NCBI GenBank assembly: GCA_024137785.1
Contig: JAHRHZ010000267.1
Coordinates: forward strand, 23,695,261 to 23,759,260
Origin: Ginglymostoma cirratum
Lineage: Eukaryota
Length of the DNA stretch: 64,000 nucleotides
Direction: 5' to 3'
The notes under the pieces: model-generated
Database searches by the model: none
The model's input: only the letters and a program-made list of their open reading frames with translations
Told to the model about the DNA's origin: nothing
Part shown: in pieces, positions 12,281 through 24,909 of the stretch
Numbering within the stretch: position 1 is the first letter of the stretch
Layout: the number at the start of each line of letters is the position of its first letter
Program-made: the position numbers and the translations under genes

Positions 12281-13339
12281 ATTATTTCCAGTGGCCAGAA
12301 GGATTGGGCTCCTTTGTATTCGAAGAACTTTCGACGAAGAAGATAGTTTCAACCCAGGCCTAGGGTTCACAGCTCTTGAGGTTTCATAATGACCCTCCTG
12401 CTCTAACTGCCATTCCCGGCCTAATGACCTTGTCATTTTTGCAATGATTAAATGAAGTATTCAAAGAAATGAAACAAAACATTATTTTATTTTCCAACAT
12501 TTGTTCCTGCATTATTGCAACAGAGTCCAGACCAATCTTTTAATTTTCAGCAACTTTGCATCATTCCTGGAGAGTGAGAGCAGGTCAGAGTTCACCTTAA
12601 TTCACCCAACACAATAGGTGTTGCTGCATCACCATCCCAATGTCACGTTACCACTCCCGCCCCCCTTGGCAAAATGCCAGGCTGGTTACAATTCGAGTGT
12701 GACGGGTTGAAAGTAACTTGGCGACTAATTCATTTAGGAGAGTGAATCAGGATGGAAATTCATGTGTCACTTAACTGCCTGATATATTGCAGCCATTTAC
12801 AGAATTAGATGCTCCGTTTCCAGAGTGGAAAATAACCGTGGGTCTTGCGAGCTCAGTGCTTTGGTTTTATACAGGAGGACGGGCAGGGATCACAACAGTT
12901 GCTGTCCTCGACAGGAATGTGCCCTGTGTCAGGAACTGAGTATCACTCCTTGTAGCTGAGAGAGTGTTGATGTCAGCAATATTGCTCCATGTTTGTTGGT
13001 TCTCAGGTCATTCTACTGTGTGATGCGGCCACTTGATTAATTAAATTAATGTAATCATTAACCAAATGGGTCTATTACACAGCAGAATGATAGGAGAACG
13101 AACAAACATATAGCAAAACCGCTGACATTTACTTTACCCAAGCAGTGAATAGCCGTACTTCTCCTTCTGTAGATATTTTTTCAAAAATGGCTACTAAAAT
13201 ACAAAGGTTTGTCCTAGTCCCTGTGCAACTTACAACAATTTTGGCTTTGTTTCCTCCTATATGTTGCATTACCACCACCTGGCATATTGCAGGGGAAGTG
13301 ACCTGTTCTCAGGCTATGGTCACCAGCTTATTGATTTGA

Positions 13340-13890
13340 TCATAAAATCAGAAGAGCAATGACTATGAGTAGCCATTCGGCCCCTCAAGCCTGCTCCACC
13401 ACTTCATAAAATCATGGCTGATCTGATGTGATCTTAATTCCACCTTCTTCCTTGTACACAGCTCCCCCCAGCTCCACCTCCCTCAGCCCTTAACTGCCTT
13501 GTCAAAAAGCTGTCTAATTCAGCTTTGAATATATTCAATAGCCTGGCTAACACTACTCGCTGGGGAGTGAATTCCTAACAGTAACAACCCTCTGAAAGAA
13601 GAAATTCTTCATCAATTCCACTTTAAATGGGAGTCCCTTATTTTAAAGCAATGTCTCCTAGTTCGAGATTCCCCTTCAAGCAGAAGCATTTTCTTAGCAC
13701 CTACACTGTCATATCCTATCAGAGGTCAATGTGTTTCAATAAGGTCACCTCTCGTTCTTTTAAATGCCAATGAGGCCCAAACTGGGTAATTTTTCCTCAT
13801 AAGGCAAATCCCTCTTCCCAGGAATCAGCTTAGTGAAGCTTCCCTGAACAGTTTCTAATATAAATGTTAAGTAAGGTGTACACAGTAAAC
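13340..13890 (-). mobile_element. CR1 LINE 3' fragment
   Basis: gccattcggcccctcaagcctgctcc and acaaccctctgaaagaagaaattc are CR1 3' signatures (reverse strand). Confidence 0.75.
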
Positions 13891-14367
13891 TCTACATAGA
13901 ACTCGAGTCTCGTTGAAAAGGACTCAGTTTGTTGAAGTTTTTCATTTTGCACACACCAGGACAGTTCACAAGAAATACCAAAGTTAAGGGAAAACAACAT
14001 TTCTACTGTATGGTAGAGTGCTTCTTGGTTGGCAAGTGGTTTCCGATTGGCAGAAGTGATGCCATAGATGATAGACCATTTAACGAAGACTGACAGTTGA
14101 TGGCCAAGCTTTATTTACATTTTAAAAAAGGCAGGTTGACTTTGATTGGTCAAGGCATTGCCCTGAACAATGAACCAGAGAATAGCTGTCACCCATGATA
14201 TTGAGATGATACCAGCACAATGTGTGTATACGTTCATAAATGTTCTTACCGTGTTCTGTACAGTTGTAGAAAATCATCCTTACTTTTATACTCCAGTCAC
14301 CTCACAAAAAGGCTAACTTTCTGTTTGCCTTATTAGTTACCTGCTGTACTTGTGTGCTTACATTTCG

Positions 14368-14560
14368 AGTCATAGAGTCATACAGTTGTGTACCATGGAA
14401 ACAGACCTTTCAGTCCAATCAGTCCATGCCAACCATAATCCCAAACTAATCTGGTTCCACCTACCTGCGCTTGGCCTATATCCTTCCAAACATATTTATG
14501 CACTATCTAAATGTGTTTTAATGTTGTAACTGTACCTGCATCCATCACTTTCTTTCATAT
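14368..14560 (-). mobile_element. CR1 3' tail fragment
   Basis: (agtcatag)n tail and CR1 3'UTR. Confidence 0.75.
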
Positions 14561-14772
14561 ACAAGAACACCCATATTTCCCTATACTGCACCATTCTGCA
14601 GTCTCTCTCCATTTAACTAATGCCTAATGAGTTAATGCTAATTGTACCTATTGTGATCAGACAAAAAAAAACCTGTACCTACTTATGGAAGATAAGTACC
14701 TCATTTTGTCGAGACTTTTCAGTCATCAAACCTTTTACCCAAAATATTTGACAGGTCCTTAGATTGAGCATA

Positions 14773-15372
14773 GATGGGATTGCTGCATTTAGAGACCGGT
14801 GGGCATTGCAGGAGCTGGGGTGCATCACCACCCTGTACAACATTTTTCTGATTTAGTAAGTTTACGTTTCATTAGATACGTTTCCATTACTGTTAATTTG
14901 TATTTTCATTATAGTGCCCCATCAGGGGCTGGTAAACTTAGTTTTGTTTGTTTAAAAGAGCAGATGGGATTATTGCCTTTAGAGACTAGTGGCACCAGAA
15001 AGGCCTGGTGTGTATCATCATCCCAGACAGTGTTATTTTGGTTTAGTAAGTTTCCATTCACCTTTTATAAGTTTCCATTAACCATTTGGTTCAGTTTTTG
15101 CTATAGTGCATCATCAAGGATTCTTTAACGTGGATTTAGCTTTGTTTAGAAGAGTTGATAAGGTTACTGCCTTTAGAGACAGATACCCACTGCAAAGGCC
15201 AGGATGCATCATCACCCCAGATACTGTTATTTTGATTTAGTAAGTTTCCATTCATTCTCTATAAGTTTCTGTTAACTATTTGCTTGGTTTTTTTTGTACG
15301 GTGCTCCACCAGGGACTGTCTAATCATTTGAGGATTTGTGGTTTAAAAGTGTAGATAGATTTATTGCCTACA
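14773..15372. repeat. Diverged tandem repeat, ~190-197 bp unit, about 3 copies
   Basis: Unit starts at 14773, 14963, 15157 and 15354. Shared cores tttagagac, catcaYcaYccc, tttagtaagttt, RgtgcNYcaYca. Confidence 0.85.
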
Positions 15373-15507
15373 GCCATCCTAGTTTGAAAACATTTAATCT
15401 TATTTGATCTCAGAATCTTAGAGGACTCAAGTCTGATTAGTACTTGAATGGGAGGCTGCATGGGCACACTAGGTGCAGTAGACTTTAGAGACGCTTGTGC
15501 AGTGGAA

Positions 15508-15950
15508 AAGTCATAGAGTCATAGAGCTGTACAGCATGGAAACATTTGGTCCAACTCGTCCATGCCAACCAGTTATCCTAAATAAATCCAGTCCCATTTG
15601 CCAGCAATTGGCCCGTATTCCTCTAAACCCTTCCTATTCATATACCAATCCAGATGCTTTTTAAATATTGTGATTGTGCCAGCCTCCACCACTTCCTCTG
15701 GCAGTTCATTCCATACATGCACCAGCCTCTGCTTAATAAGTTGTCCCTTAGAATTCTTTCCCCTCTCACCTTAAACCTGTGCCATCAAGTTTTGGACTTC
15801 TCCACCCTGAGGAAAAGACTTTGTCTATTCACCCTATTGATGCTTCTCATGATTTTACAAATCCCTATAAGGTCACCCCTCAGCCTTGGACGCTCCAGGT
15901 AGAATAGCCCCAGCCTATTAGGCTTCTCCCTATAGCTCAAACCCTCCCTC
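15508..15950 (-). mobile_element. CR1 LINE 3' fragment
   Basis: (agtcatag)n tail, RT C-terminal region. Confidence 0.85.
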
Positions 15951-16161
15951 CCTACCTAATTTTGAGCTAAGAGGCCAGATTTAAGTCCCCGTTGCTCCAG
16001 CTATGTGTAATAATATCTCTGAATAGGTTGATTAAAACCATCTAGAAAGGATTATGGGTAGACGCAAACAACCCCAACCACAGGTCGTGAGTGATTTGTT
16101 GCCAAGAACCCAGCATGATGTAAAGAGGAATCTGAATGCTCAAAATATATTTTCAGATTTT

Positions 16162-16265
16162 TGTGGTGCAGTGGTATTTTCCCTAACTCTGCGCAAAAAG
16201 GCCCAGGTTCAAGTCCCATCAGCTCCAGAGGTGTGTCATAATATGTCTGAACAGGTTGATTTTTT
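16162..16265 (+). mobile_element. Short tRNA-headed SINE (partial second copy at about 15955-16035)
   Basis: tggtgcagtgg A-box, ggttcaagtccc B-box, ends ctgaacaggttgattt. Confidence 0.6.
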
Positions 16266-17089
16266 TAAAACTGTAAGAAGGTAAAACAAGCCTGAGAGAG
16301 GGAGGCAGTAACAGGAATGGAATAAAATGTGTAATCATTGTTATTATCTAGACTAAGAATGTTAGTTCATCCAGACATGTTTTTACAGACCTTGGTCTGT
16401 ATAATACCATCCCATCAATTAATGACTAATTAAACCTTCTACAATTATGGTTATGAGTTACTATTACATTTTAATTAAACTCTTGGATCTGATTTTAAAA
16501 ACCGCATATGTCTGTATCCATCAAGAACCAGTTAATGCATTTTTGGCACAAACTGAATTCATCCAAATACAACGCATTTAATTTCCCATCTTTGTAGATT
16601 TTGAGAATTTCAGGGCTGGAAGATTTTTATTTAAACATGTGTTGTGAATAACAGAAATGCTGGAATCTGTTCAACTGTTGAAAGACTCTAATTTTGGGCC
16701 TTGCCGTCACAGGGAGGGGAGAGTTCAATTGTGGGGCTGATGTTAGCTGATCCCTGGATGAAGGTTCTTTTTGTGCCACTGGGGAACCGATTGTAGGAAG
16801 AGAAGCAAGTGAAAATGTGGAGCCAAGAAAAGGCAGTACCGTGGCTCTAGACCCACATGCAGTGCTGGAAAGTTACCGATCTGCTTGATCTAAGTGTTTT
16901 GGCTTCCCTCCTGTTTTTAGCTCTCCAAAGCCCTTAAGTTAAGCAGCACTTAAGTTTAAAACGGTAAAATTTGAGGCACGTAGACTCATTAAAATTTTCA
17001 ATTATAATCTCGCCTCTGGAGAGCGGGTTTGATGCTTAGCCCCATTTTATTGCCACTAAAACTGGAAGTAGGAGAATTGGAGGCAGGTT

Positions 17090-17672
17090 ACATAGAAACA
17101 TAGAAGATAGGAGCAGGAGGAGGTCATTCGGCCCTTCGAGCCTGCTCCACCATTCTTCACGATCACGGCTGATCTCGATAGCCTAATCCTGCTTTCTCCC
17201 CATAAACTTTGATCCCATTCGCCCCAAGTGCTATATCTAGCCACCTCTTGAATATATTCAATGTTTCGGCATCAACTACTTCCTGTGGTAACGAATATCA
17301 GAGGCTCACCACTCTTTGGGTGAAGAAATGTCTCCTCATGTCCGTCCTAAATGGTCTACCCTGAATTCTTTGACTGTGACCCCTGGGTCTGGATACACCC
17401 ACCATCGAGAACATCCTCCCTGCATCTACCCTGTCCAGTCCTGTTTGAATTTTGTAAGTCTCTATGAGATACTCCCTCATTCATCTGAACTCCAGCAAAA
17501 ACAATCCTAACCCGGTCAATCTCTCCTCATACATCAGACCTGCCATCCCCAGGATCAGCCTGGTACACTTTCGCTGCAGTCCCTCAACAGCAAGAGCATC
17601 CTTCCTCATAAAAGTAGACCAAAACTGCGCACAATATTCCGGGTGTGGTCTCACCAAGGCCCTGTATAATTG
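17090..17672 (-). mobile_element. CR1 LINE 3' fragment
   Basis: ORF LIETYKIQTGLDRVDAGRMF...FFTQRVVSL and catagaaacatagaa tail. Confidence 0.9.
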
Positions 17673-18786
17673 CTACAATGTCAGATTTCCAATTGTGACA
17701 TTTTAAAATCCTTGTCCCTCCCTTTCCCCTTTTAACAGATTAAAACTTTTCCCCCTAGAATTCAAATAGTCTTGTTATTTCGTTTTTAAAAATTGTGGAG
17801 AATGCTAAATGCTATTGTCTGACCATTTATTTTGCCCCTGCATGAATCCACATCCAATATAGTTTGTTCTTTTTTTTGCCTGAAATTTACATTGCTGCAG
17901 TGGAATATTTTGCAGCCTGATTCAAGAGATTATAAGTGAACATTTGGACCACTACGAGTCTATACCCCAGGGATTCAGGATAGATTGTTATCCTGAAACA
18001 CACTGTCCTGGGTCCTCCATGTACAAGGTGAGTTTTTAGTTCAAAGTGCAGTCTGTTTTTGAAAGCAATGGGGTGACCAGAGGGAAAGACTGAATTTGAA
18101 ACAAACGATTTTAGATTGTTTTCCATTCTAGATCTAGTTTAGATGATCTCCTTTATGAAAAGTGCAGGAAGAAGTGACATTTAAAGACACCCTCCTAGTA
18201 TACACTGAATAATCCTAACATCAGCCAATTGCAGGTGACCAATAGACCTGCACATTTTATGTTGTGCCTTTACCTCAAATAAGGAAAGTTTTCTCCAAGA
18301 CATAAGATTAAATCCCAAACATACTTTTTTTTTTCAAAATAAGCAATTTGTTACCATTTTAAACTGGTCATCGTCATCTGCTGTCATTGGAGTTTCGAAC
18401 AATTTTGCAATCAGCCCATGCAAGTCAACAGATGATTCTGCTCAGGATACTCCTTGTTCCTCTAATGTCTTTGAGTTGTGGTAAGAAATCTTTCTATGAC
18501 TCATGCAAACCTGACTTAGGCTTTTTGTTTATGAAGTTTCATTTCTGCAAACGCAGGCACCAGCTGCACTTGTCTAACTCAACAAACTAACAGTGTCTTC
18601 TTCTCAAGACACAATCGTCCCTGGACATGTCAGAAAGAATTCTCACCCACCTTCCTAGTTGAAATAGTTGTATAAATCAGACCTACTGCCTGTTCCCACT
18701 TAATTCCTGCCTTCCACTCCCTTAACTAAGTTATTGTTTTACGTGTCAAGGATGCCCATCTGATTCAGGTGGGAGACTAACTAATA

Positions 18787-19124
18787 CATATAGATCATAG
18801 AGTCCCTACAGTGCGGAAACAGGTCATTTGGCCCCAACAAGTCCACACCACCCCTCCAAAGAGCATCCCACCCAAACCCATTCCCCGACATTTCCCATCT
18901 CTAACCCACTTAGCAGAAACACCCTGGACACTTTGGGCAAATTAGCATGGCCAATCCACCTAGCCTGCACGTCTTTGGACTGTGGGAGGAAACTGGAGCA
19001 CCTGGAGAAAACCCACGCAGATTCGGGGAGAACGTGCAAACTCCACACAGATAGTCACCCGAGGCTAGAATCGAACCCGGGTCCTGGCGCTGTGAGGCAG
19101 CAGTGCTAACCACCGAGCCACCGT
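18787..19124 (-). mobile_element. HE1-type V-SINE (tRNA head, V domain, CR1-like tail)
   Basis: Reverse complement reads acggtggctcggtggttagcactgctgcctcacagcgccaggacccgggttcgattc...tgtgtggagtttgcacgttctcccc, the typical elasmobranch SINE. Confidence 0.85.
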
Positions 19125-19717
19125 CTTCTACCATGTTACAAACATAGGAGCATACATGTTGTTAAGTCCTGATGGTATCTTGATAACTTAATGAGCATAG
19201 AATGCACAATGGGCACAAATCAGACAAAGAGTAAAATGAGACTCTCAAAGGGTAAAACAAAAAAAAAATCAAAGAAGCCAGAAGGAGCAGGCCTATCCCA
19301 GAAAAGGAGCTTCCACCTCATGTGAACTTGGACTTCCATTTTATTTGCTCCTGCACAAACAATCCTGATTTCCCAACTCTGAGTCTTATCTTGGTGCTGG
19401 CAGGCAGCCTCCAATCACTGAGTGTTCAAATAGACTGAAACTCAAACTGATAGCGTTGCACTCACTTCTCAACTCACTCCCAGTTAAAATCATCACTGCC
19501 TTTTCCATGGATACTAGAGGAATCCCACCTCTGAAGTGGATAGCAGCACCAGCTTTTCTTAAAAGGAAAAAGGCTAGAAGAAAATACTCATTTGAACTTA
19601 AAGCAACAAGAAGGGAGTAAGAAGATCTTCAGAATTTTAGTATCTATGACAACATGAATTTGATTTCACTGTTAGTGCCAGAAAAATGGGACAAACTGCA
19701 AAATACCTTGACAGCCA

Positions 19718-19975
19718 GTACTGGCTCCATCCCCGCCTCTTCGACCTGTCTGCCTCCTCTCCACCTATCGTCTCCTCTATCCATCCTCTATCCGCCTCCC
19801 CCTCTCTCCCTGTTTATTTCAGAACCCTCTTCCCCTCCCCCCATTTCTGATGAAGGGTCTAGGCCCGAAACGTCAAGCTTTCCTGCTCCTATGATGCTGC
19901 TTGGCCTGCTGTGTTCATCCAGCCCCACACCGTGTTATCTCGGATTCTCCAGCATCTGCAGTACCTTTTATCTCG
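19718..19975 (+). mobile_element. Penelope-like terminal repeat fragment with hammerhead-like motif
   Basis: Near-identical to 1-255. Motif at 19843-19878. Confidence 0.8.
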
Positions 19976-20079
19976 TGTCCAGATACTTCAGTGGATTTCA
20001 AAGTTAGCAGCCAATTTATGGGCTCCAATATTGATCAAGCTATTTCAAGAATAAATCAACACCAGCTACTTGGCAGACA

Positions 20080-21345
20080 ATGGAGACAAGCTAACACTGA
20101 TGTCATATTCAAAAAAGGGAATATAAAATCTGGCAGAAAACTGTACTGTAGTCCAATATCTATCAACAACTTCATTTGTAAATACTCGAATATATATAAC
20201 ATTCTCATGTCATGAAACATCTTGAAGCTCACAATATCCTGGTAGATAGTCACCAACTGAAGCGTAGCTTTTACAGACCGTTGGTGACCCAGTTTCAAGT
20301 CCCAACAGAGACTAAATAACTCTCATAAAATACTATTTCACAAAAATCTTTGACAAAGTTTCTTATGAAAAGCTCTTATTCAAACTTCACTACTGTGGAA
20401 CTGGCAACATTATAAATTTGGATCTAGCATTTCTTTCAGAAGACAAAGAGTGGTGTGTGATTGGAAATCATCCTCTCCTGGAGATAGCCTCTTCAGAGTG
20501 CCTTAGAGAACTGTATAAGGGTATTTACTATGCTTGATGTCCATAAATGGCCTTCCCAACAAGGTTTAAAAAAAAGGTATGACTATTTGCAGGTGACTGC
20601 ATGGTTTACAGACCAGTGAAAATGCAAGATCAGATTAATTTACTGCAAGATAATTTTCTGGAATTACAAAAATGACAATGACAATGTGACATTCAATTCC
20701 AAAAAGTGCTATATAATGCACATTATCAACAAAAGGATCTACCAGCAGTCAGATGGATTCACAAGTTTGCCTTCATCTTACTAACAGTCTTGAGTTGGGA
20801 TTCCATATTCATAACATTCAACGCAAACAGAGTTCTGGCAAGGAATCTTTGATATTGGAACAAAAACATCAGCATCATATCTGAAGAACGCTCTAGGCCC
20901 GAAACGTCAGTCTTCCTGCTCCTCTGATGCTGCTTGGCCTGCTGTGTTCATCCAGCTCTACACCTTGTTATCTCAGCATCATATCATACCTTTGCTCATC
21001 CCTGTGCGAAGTACACAAGTTGGACATGGGATCCTCATATAATATCCTTGGCAAGATATGTAAATGAGATTCAAGTGCTCCACAGACATGCTGCACCAAT
21101 CAGTATGGGAAATATGCCCGTGTCACATTCTCAATCAAAGACTTGGAATGGGAAGCGGGTGTGGTGGTGGAATACCCTGATCATGTTTTACATGGTGGGG
21201 AATGACAGGAGTAATTACCCAGTGCCCTCTAGCAAGGCGATCATCCAAACTACAAAGAAGCTAAGCACTTATTTCCAACACTGTGTATCAACAATTTCTC
21301 TTCCCAGGACAATCCCACAAAGGGACAAGGTGCCAATTACGGGAA
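20080..21345 (+). mobile_element. Ancient non-LTR LINE RT relic, distinct from the common shark CR1
   Basis: IFKKG..., SHVMKHLEAHNILVDS, FDKVSY, LFAGDCMVYRPV and LPRTIPQ motifs, with frameshifts. Confidence 0.7.
20881..20972 (+). mobile_element. Short Penelope terminal-repeat insertion
   Basis: Flanked by direct repeat tcagcatcatatc at 20869-20881 and 20973-20985. Confidence 0.8.
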
Positions 21346-21399
21346 ATGGTCACAGCTCCATCACTAGAAATCTTCACGACCTATCTTGAGATCATTTCC

Positions 21400-23450
21400 A
21401 CGTGTGAGCTTTCATCAGGAGTACAGCAGGTCATTCCTGGTTTAGCACGTTAACCCACGGACATGTGAGGGGAGTGCGGGCATTGTGATGCTGATCCAAC
21501 TAAAGCACAAATTGAATGTGTCGGTCATCTCTCTAGGTCCACTGCGTCAGACGGGGCTCATTCACTTTGTACAAAACAGCCGGTTGCTTTAAATGGCAGT
21601 GCGCGGACCCTCCCTCTGTGAAGCCCAGGCGGCCTACAGCCAGGAGAGTGCACTTTTGAGTATGGGTGAGGAGGAAGCCATTGATATGAACTTTGTTTGT
21701 GTCCTGGGGGAGCCTCCGCTACTCTGATTGAATAAGGCAGCCATGAACACACCTGAAGTGGCCCATTAACATCGTACTGGGATCCTACCCAAGCAGTTAA
21801 GATTCTGACTTTCATGGTGATATGAAGCTGCTGTCTGAGAAAAATTGTCCAAGGCAGGAATCAAACACAATGCACCGCTTAAATGTTAATTCACATTCCT
21901 TCATCCATCTGATTGCAGGAAACTTCCCTTGGTCTGTACTCAGCACATGACCTTTTGTCCTGTCTATTGATGCTATCATTGGATTTGTTTGAAACTGTCG
22001 GGTGAAGTTCAGTGTGATGGACAACAAAATCAGTGGTAGCACATTGCCCGTCCAGTATGAGAATTTCCTATCACTTTATATTGTATTGTATTGTCTTGTC
22101 TTGGAACATTACTGCTACCCTCTATCAGGGCACTGTCGCTTCTGTCTGGGCACGGCTGCAGTCTTATATTCGGACATTATTGCCATATTCTCTCGGCTCT
22201 GTCTCTTTGCTTATTCCGGACGTTGTTAGCCTGCTCTGTTTGGAAATAGAAGGGAACTTTCAGTTTTGTAAAAGCCTTCGCTGTCCTCATTGGGGATAAT
22301 GAAGAGCGTTCATTTCTGGGATTGTCACTTGAGAGGCTCACAATCCATTCGGTTAGCTTCTTATTTCCACACACAGTAAGCCCCTAGTGTCAGTGTTTGT
22401 GTGTACTCCTTATGAAAATCCATTATTGCTGTTCTCTGTTCTGGTTCAGGTTGCATCTTGCTTTATAAAAAAAGGTGATATACTGTACTTTAAAGAATTT
22501 GGCTGATTCCACCATTTGACACTGTCCGAGATAAGTTCCTGCGGTTGGGGTATCACAATTTCCCTCAAATGAATTCCGTACCTGCCCTTGTTTTGAGAGA
22601 ATATTCCCCTGTTCAGGAGATTGGTGCAGTCCAAGGACTGCTGTGGCTCTGTGTGCGCACAGCACTGACAGAGAGGAAGCTGGAAAACCGCTCACTTATG
22701 ACTGCATCAGGCGTGACTGAGGATTTTGTTGTGCCTATCACATTCCTTGCAATCTGTCATCTGAGCTGCACTTTAGACTCTTGTGTATCCAGGAAGGGAT
22801 ATATCTCCCAGCTCCCCACAGCCAGCTCTCTTTCTGGCTTCCAGTCTGCCAGAGTAACAGGCTGCATTACTGCTGCAGCCTTATAGGGGGACTCTTTTAA
22901 AAACACTGCAGAAGAACTAACAGCTACTTCACCATGACTCTGAAGTCCAACAAGAGCGAGCCCCTTGGCCCTTTCGCTGCCTTCGAGAGTATCAATAGTT
23001 GCCGGACCCCCCTGTCTGATCTATACTTGGAGCAGCTACTGCAGAGCAAAGGCAAGGCTGAGGTGAGTAGTTTTTCCGTCCAGGCCACTTCCCAACAACT
23101 CCCTGTGTTTTTTTTTGTTCCCAGACATCCTGAATCGACCCCTTTTCTTGTCCTTATCTCCAGCCCGAGCCGCTGCTGTGTTTGTGACAGTGGGAAAAGA
23201 GCGTGTGTATCCAGCCAACTGCTGCTGTGTATTGCTCGCCTTTGCCAACGCTTGGGTAATTCTCTGCTCAGCTGCTCCATTGGTCAGGGGTTAAGAATAG
23301 ACTGCATCATTAAATTACTGTGAAAGCGTGGCCTTGTGAGCCGCTGGAAAGCGGTGTGTATCGTGGATGAGATCTGGAGGTGATTTATCATTAAACGCCA
23401 CTGGTGTTCTTCCTGGGCGAGAAACAGTACATAGCTTTCAGCAGCAGGAA
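21400..23450 (+). promoter_or_regulatory. Putative MPP1 promoter / first-exon region
   Basis: Repeat-free stretch with visibly more CpG than the flanks, surrounding coding exon 1. AGATAA (GATA) motif at 22529-22534. The TSS cannot be determined from sequence. Confidence 0.45.
22934..23062 (+). CDS. MPP1: MPP1 (55 kDa erythrocyte membrane protein, p55 MAGUK), coding exon 1
   Basis: accATG Kozak context. Translation MTLKSNKSEPLGPFAAFESINSCRTPLSDLYLEQLLQSKGKAE matches the recalled p55 N-terminus MTLKAS...TALSDLYLEHLLQKRSRPE. Ends at a strong phase-0 donor GAG|gtgagt at 23063. Confidence 0.92.
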
Positions 23451-24909
23451 CAGGCAAATAAATGTCCGGTGGCCATCACACTTAATTTCTGATTGTAGAA
23501 TATATACATTCACTTCCCTAAGAATGGTCTCAATGACTACACTGAGAAATTAATCAGGGCTTGCACCCCTCATCTTGAGCTGTCTGGATAAGTCCGAACT
23601 GATTTAGCTAAATGTGTGTCATGGAGAAAAGGAACGCTATAATATTGCTCATAGTTCAAAGATCAGAAAGTTCTTGATCTTGGCTGAGTGGTCGCCCGCT
23701 CTTCTTTGTGTCAGACGGCAGGGTTTTGTATCCCATACTTGACGCAAGAAAGGAAGATTTATACGATAGTTTATGTAGCGCTTTTCACTCATCAGAAATC
23801 TCAAAGAGCTTCACAATGTTTTGAATGTGTAGTCACTGTTTTAATGGAGGAATAGGGGCTTGAATCCTTAGTACAGAACCGGGTCCTTTTTTTTTGGGGT
23901 GAGTTGTGTTAATCACAGCCCCCACTCTCTCCAGCGATTGTAAACAATTCCATGGCACTACACAAGGAAAAACAAGAGGATTCTACCAGTGTTCAATCCA
24001 AAATTTGTGTCTTAACCAACATTGCTGAAAAACTGATTAAGGTATTTGGTGATTCGCTGTTTGTGGGATATCAATGTGGTAAATGCATGATTTAAATGAA
24101 CAAGGATCACAATGAGAGCCATTCAGAACCTCTCTTAGCCCAGTGTTTACTGGTTCTATGTGATTCTGAATAACTGCTGACAAAGAGGGGCTTATGTTTG
24201 ATCCTTGAAAGTATCAATTAACTTGCCACAGCCACAATTGGCCTTTGTATCATTGGACTAAGTTTTGGGGAGGGCAGGGTTGAAAATCAATTAGAATTCT
24301 TGCTTTGGGTCAGTTAAGTGGCTGAGAAGTCTGCTGTGTGGATGTCAGGTGAGGGAAAAGGTGATGGGAATGTGATGATATCCAAGGAAAATGACACCCA
24401 CTTGACCCAACAAGAATGTTTAGATGTAAAAATAATGTTAGGTAAACAAAACGCAACAGACATCAAAATAGGTTCATTTTATTGTAAAATTAACGTGGTC
24501 AGTCTTTATTGGTATTAGTGGCCAGATTTGTTTAGTGTTTCTATCATGTAATGTTGTAGATCAAAGCATTGCTATATTGGTTAAGAGTGCAGCTAAATTG
24601 TACAAATGCAGTATTTTTCTTCCTTTAGTTTCAAATGAAAGAAAAATCAGCGGTGTTCTGATGTTAGTTAATGCATTTCTCATCAGAGTTCCCTCTGACT
24701 GGATGATATTTAAAGTTGAAAATCTATCCAAAATTGTTCTCCCGTGTAGTCTGAAAGTGCCAGGAATGAACTGAAGTTGCTATTTCTTTAAATTTAGAGA
24801 AAGACACCAGATCAATTGAATATAACATTCGCTAAAGAACTAGGGATCATTGGGAACCATTTTTGTGTGCTGCAGTTGTCCTTCATGTTTCGAATTGTGA
24901 CGCTGCTCA

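Noticed and set aside
19060-19124. tRNA gene (also the heads at 9135, 12072, 16162, 38460)
   Set aside because: The A/B boxes belong to SINE heads followed by SINE bodies. No complete cloverleaf is evident.
1-22000. Terminal exons of an upstream neighbour such as F8
   Set aside because: I looked for discoidin C2-like peptides and found none by eye.
23063-23323. Continuation of the 129-aa ORF past residue 43
   Set aside because: Read-through into intron 1. p55 similarity stops at the GAG|gtgagt donor.
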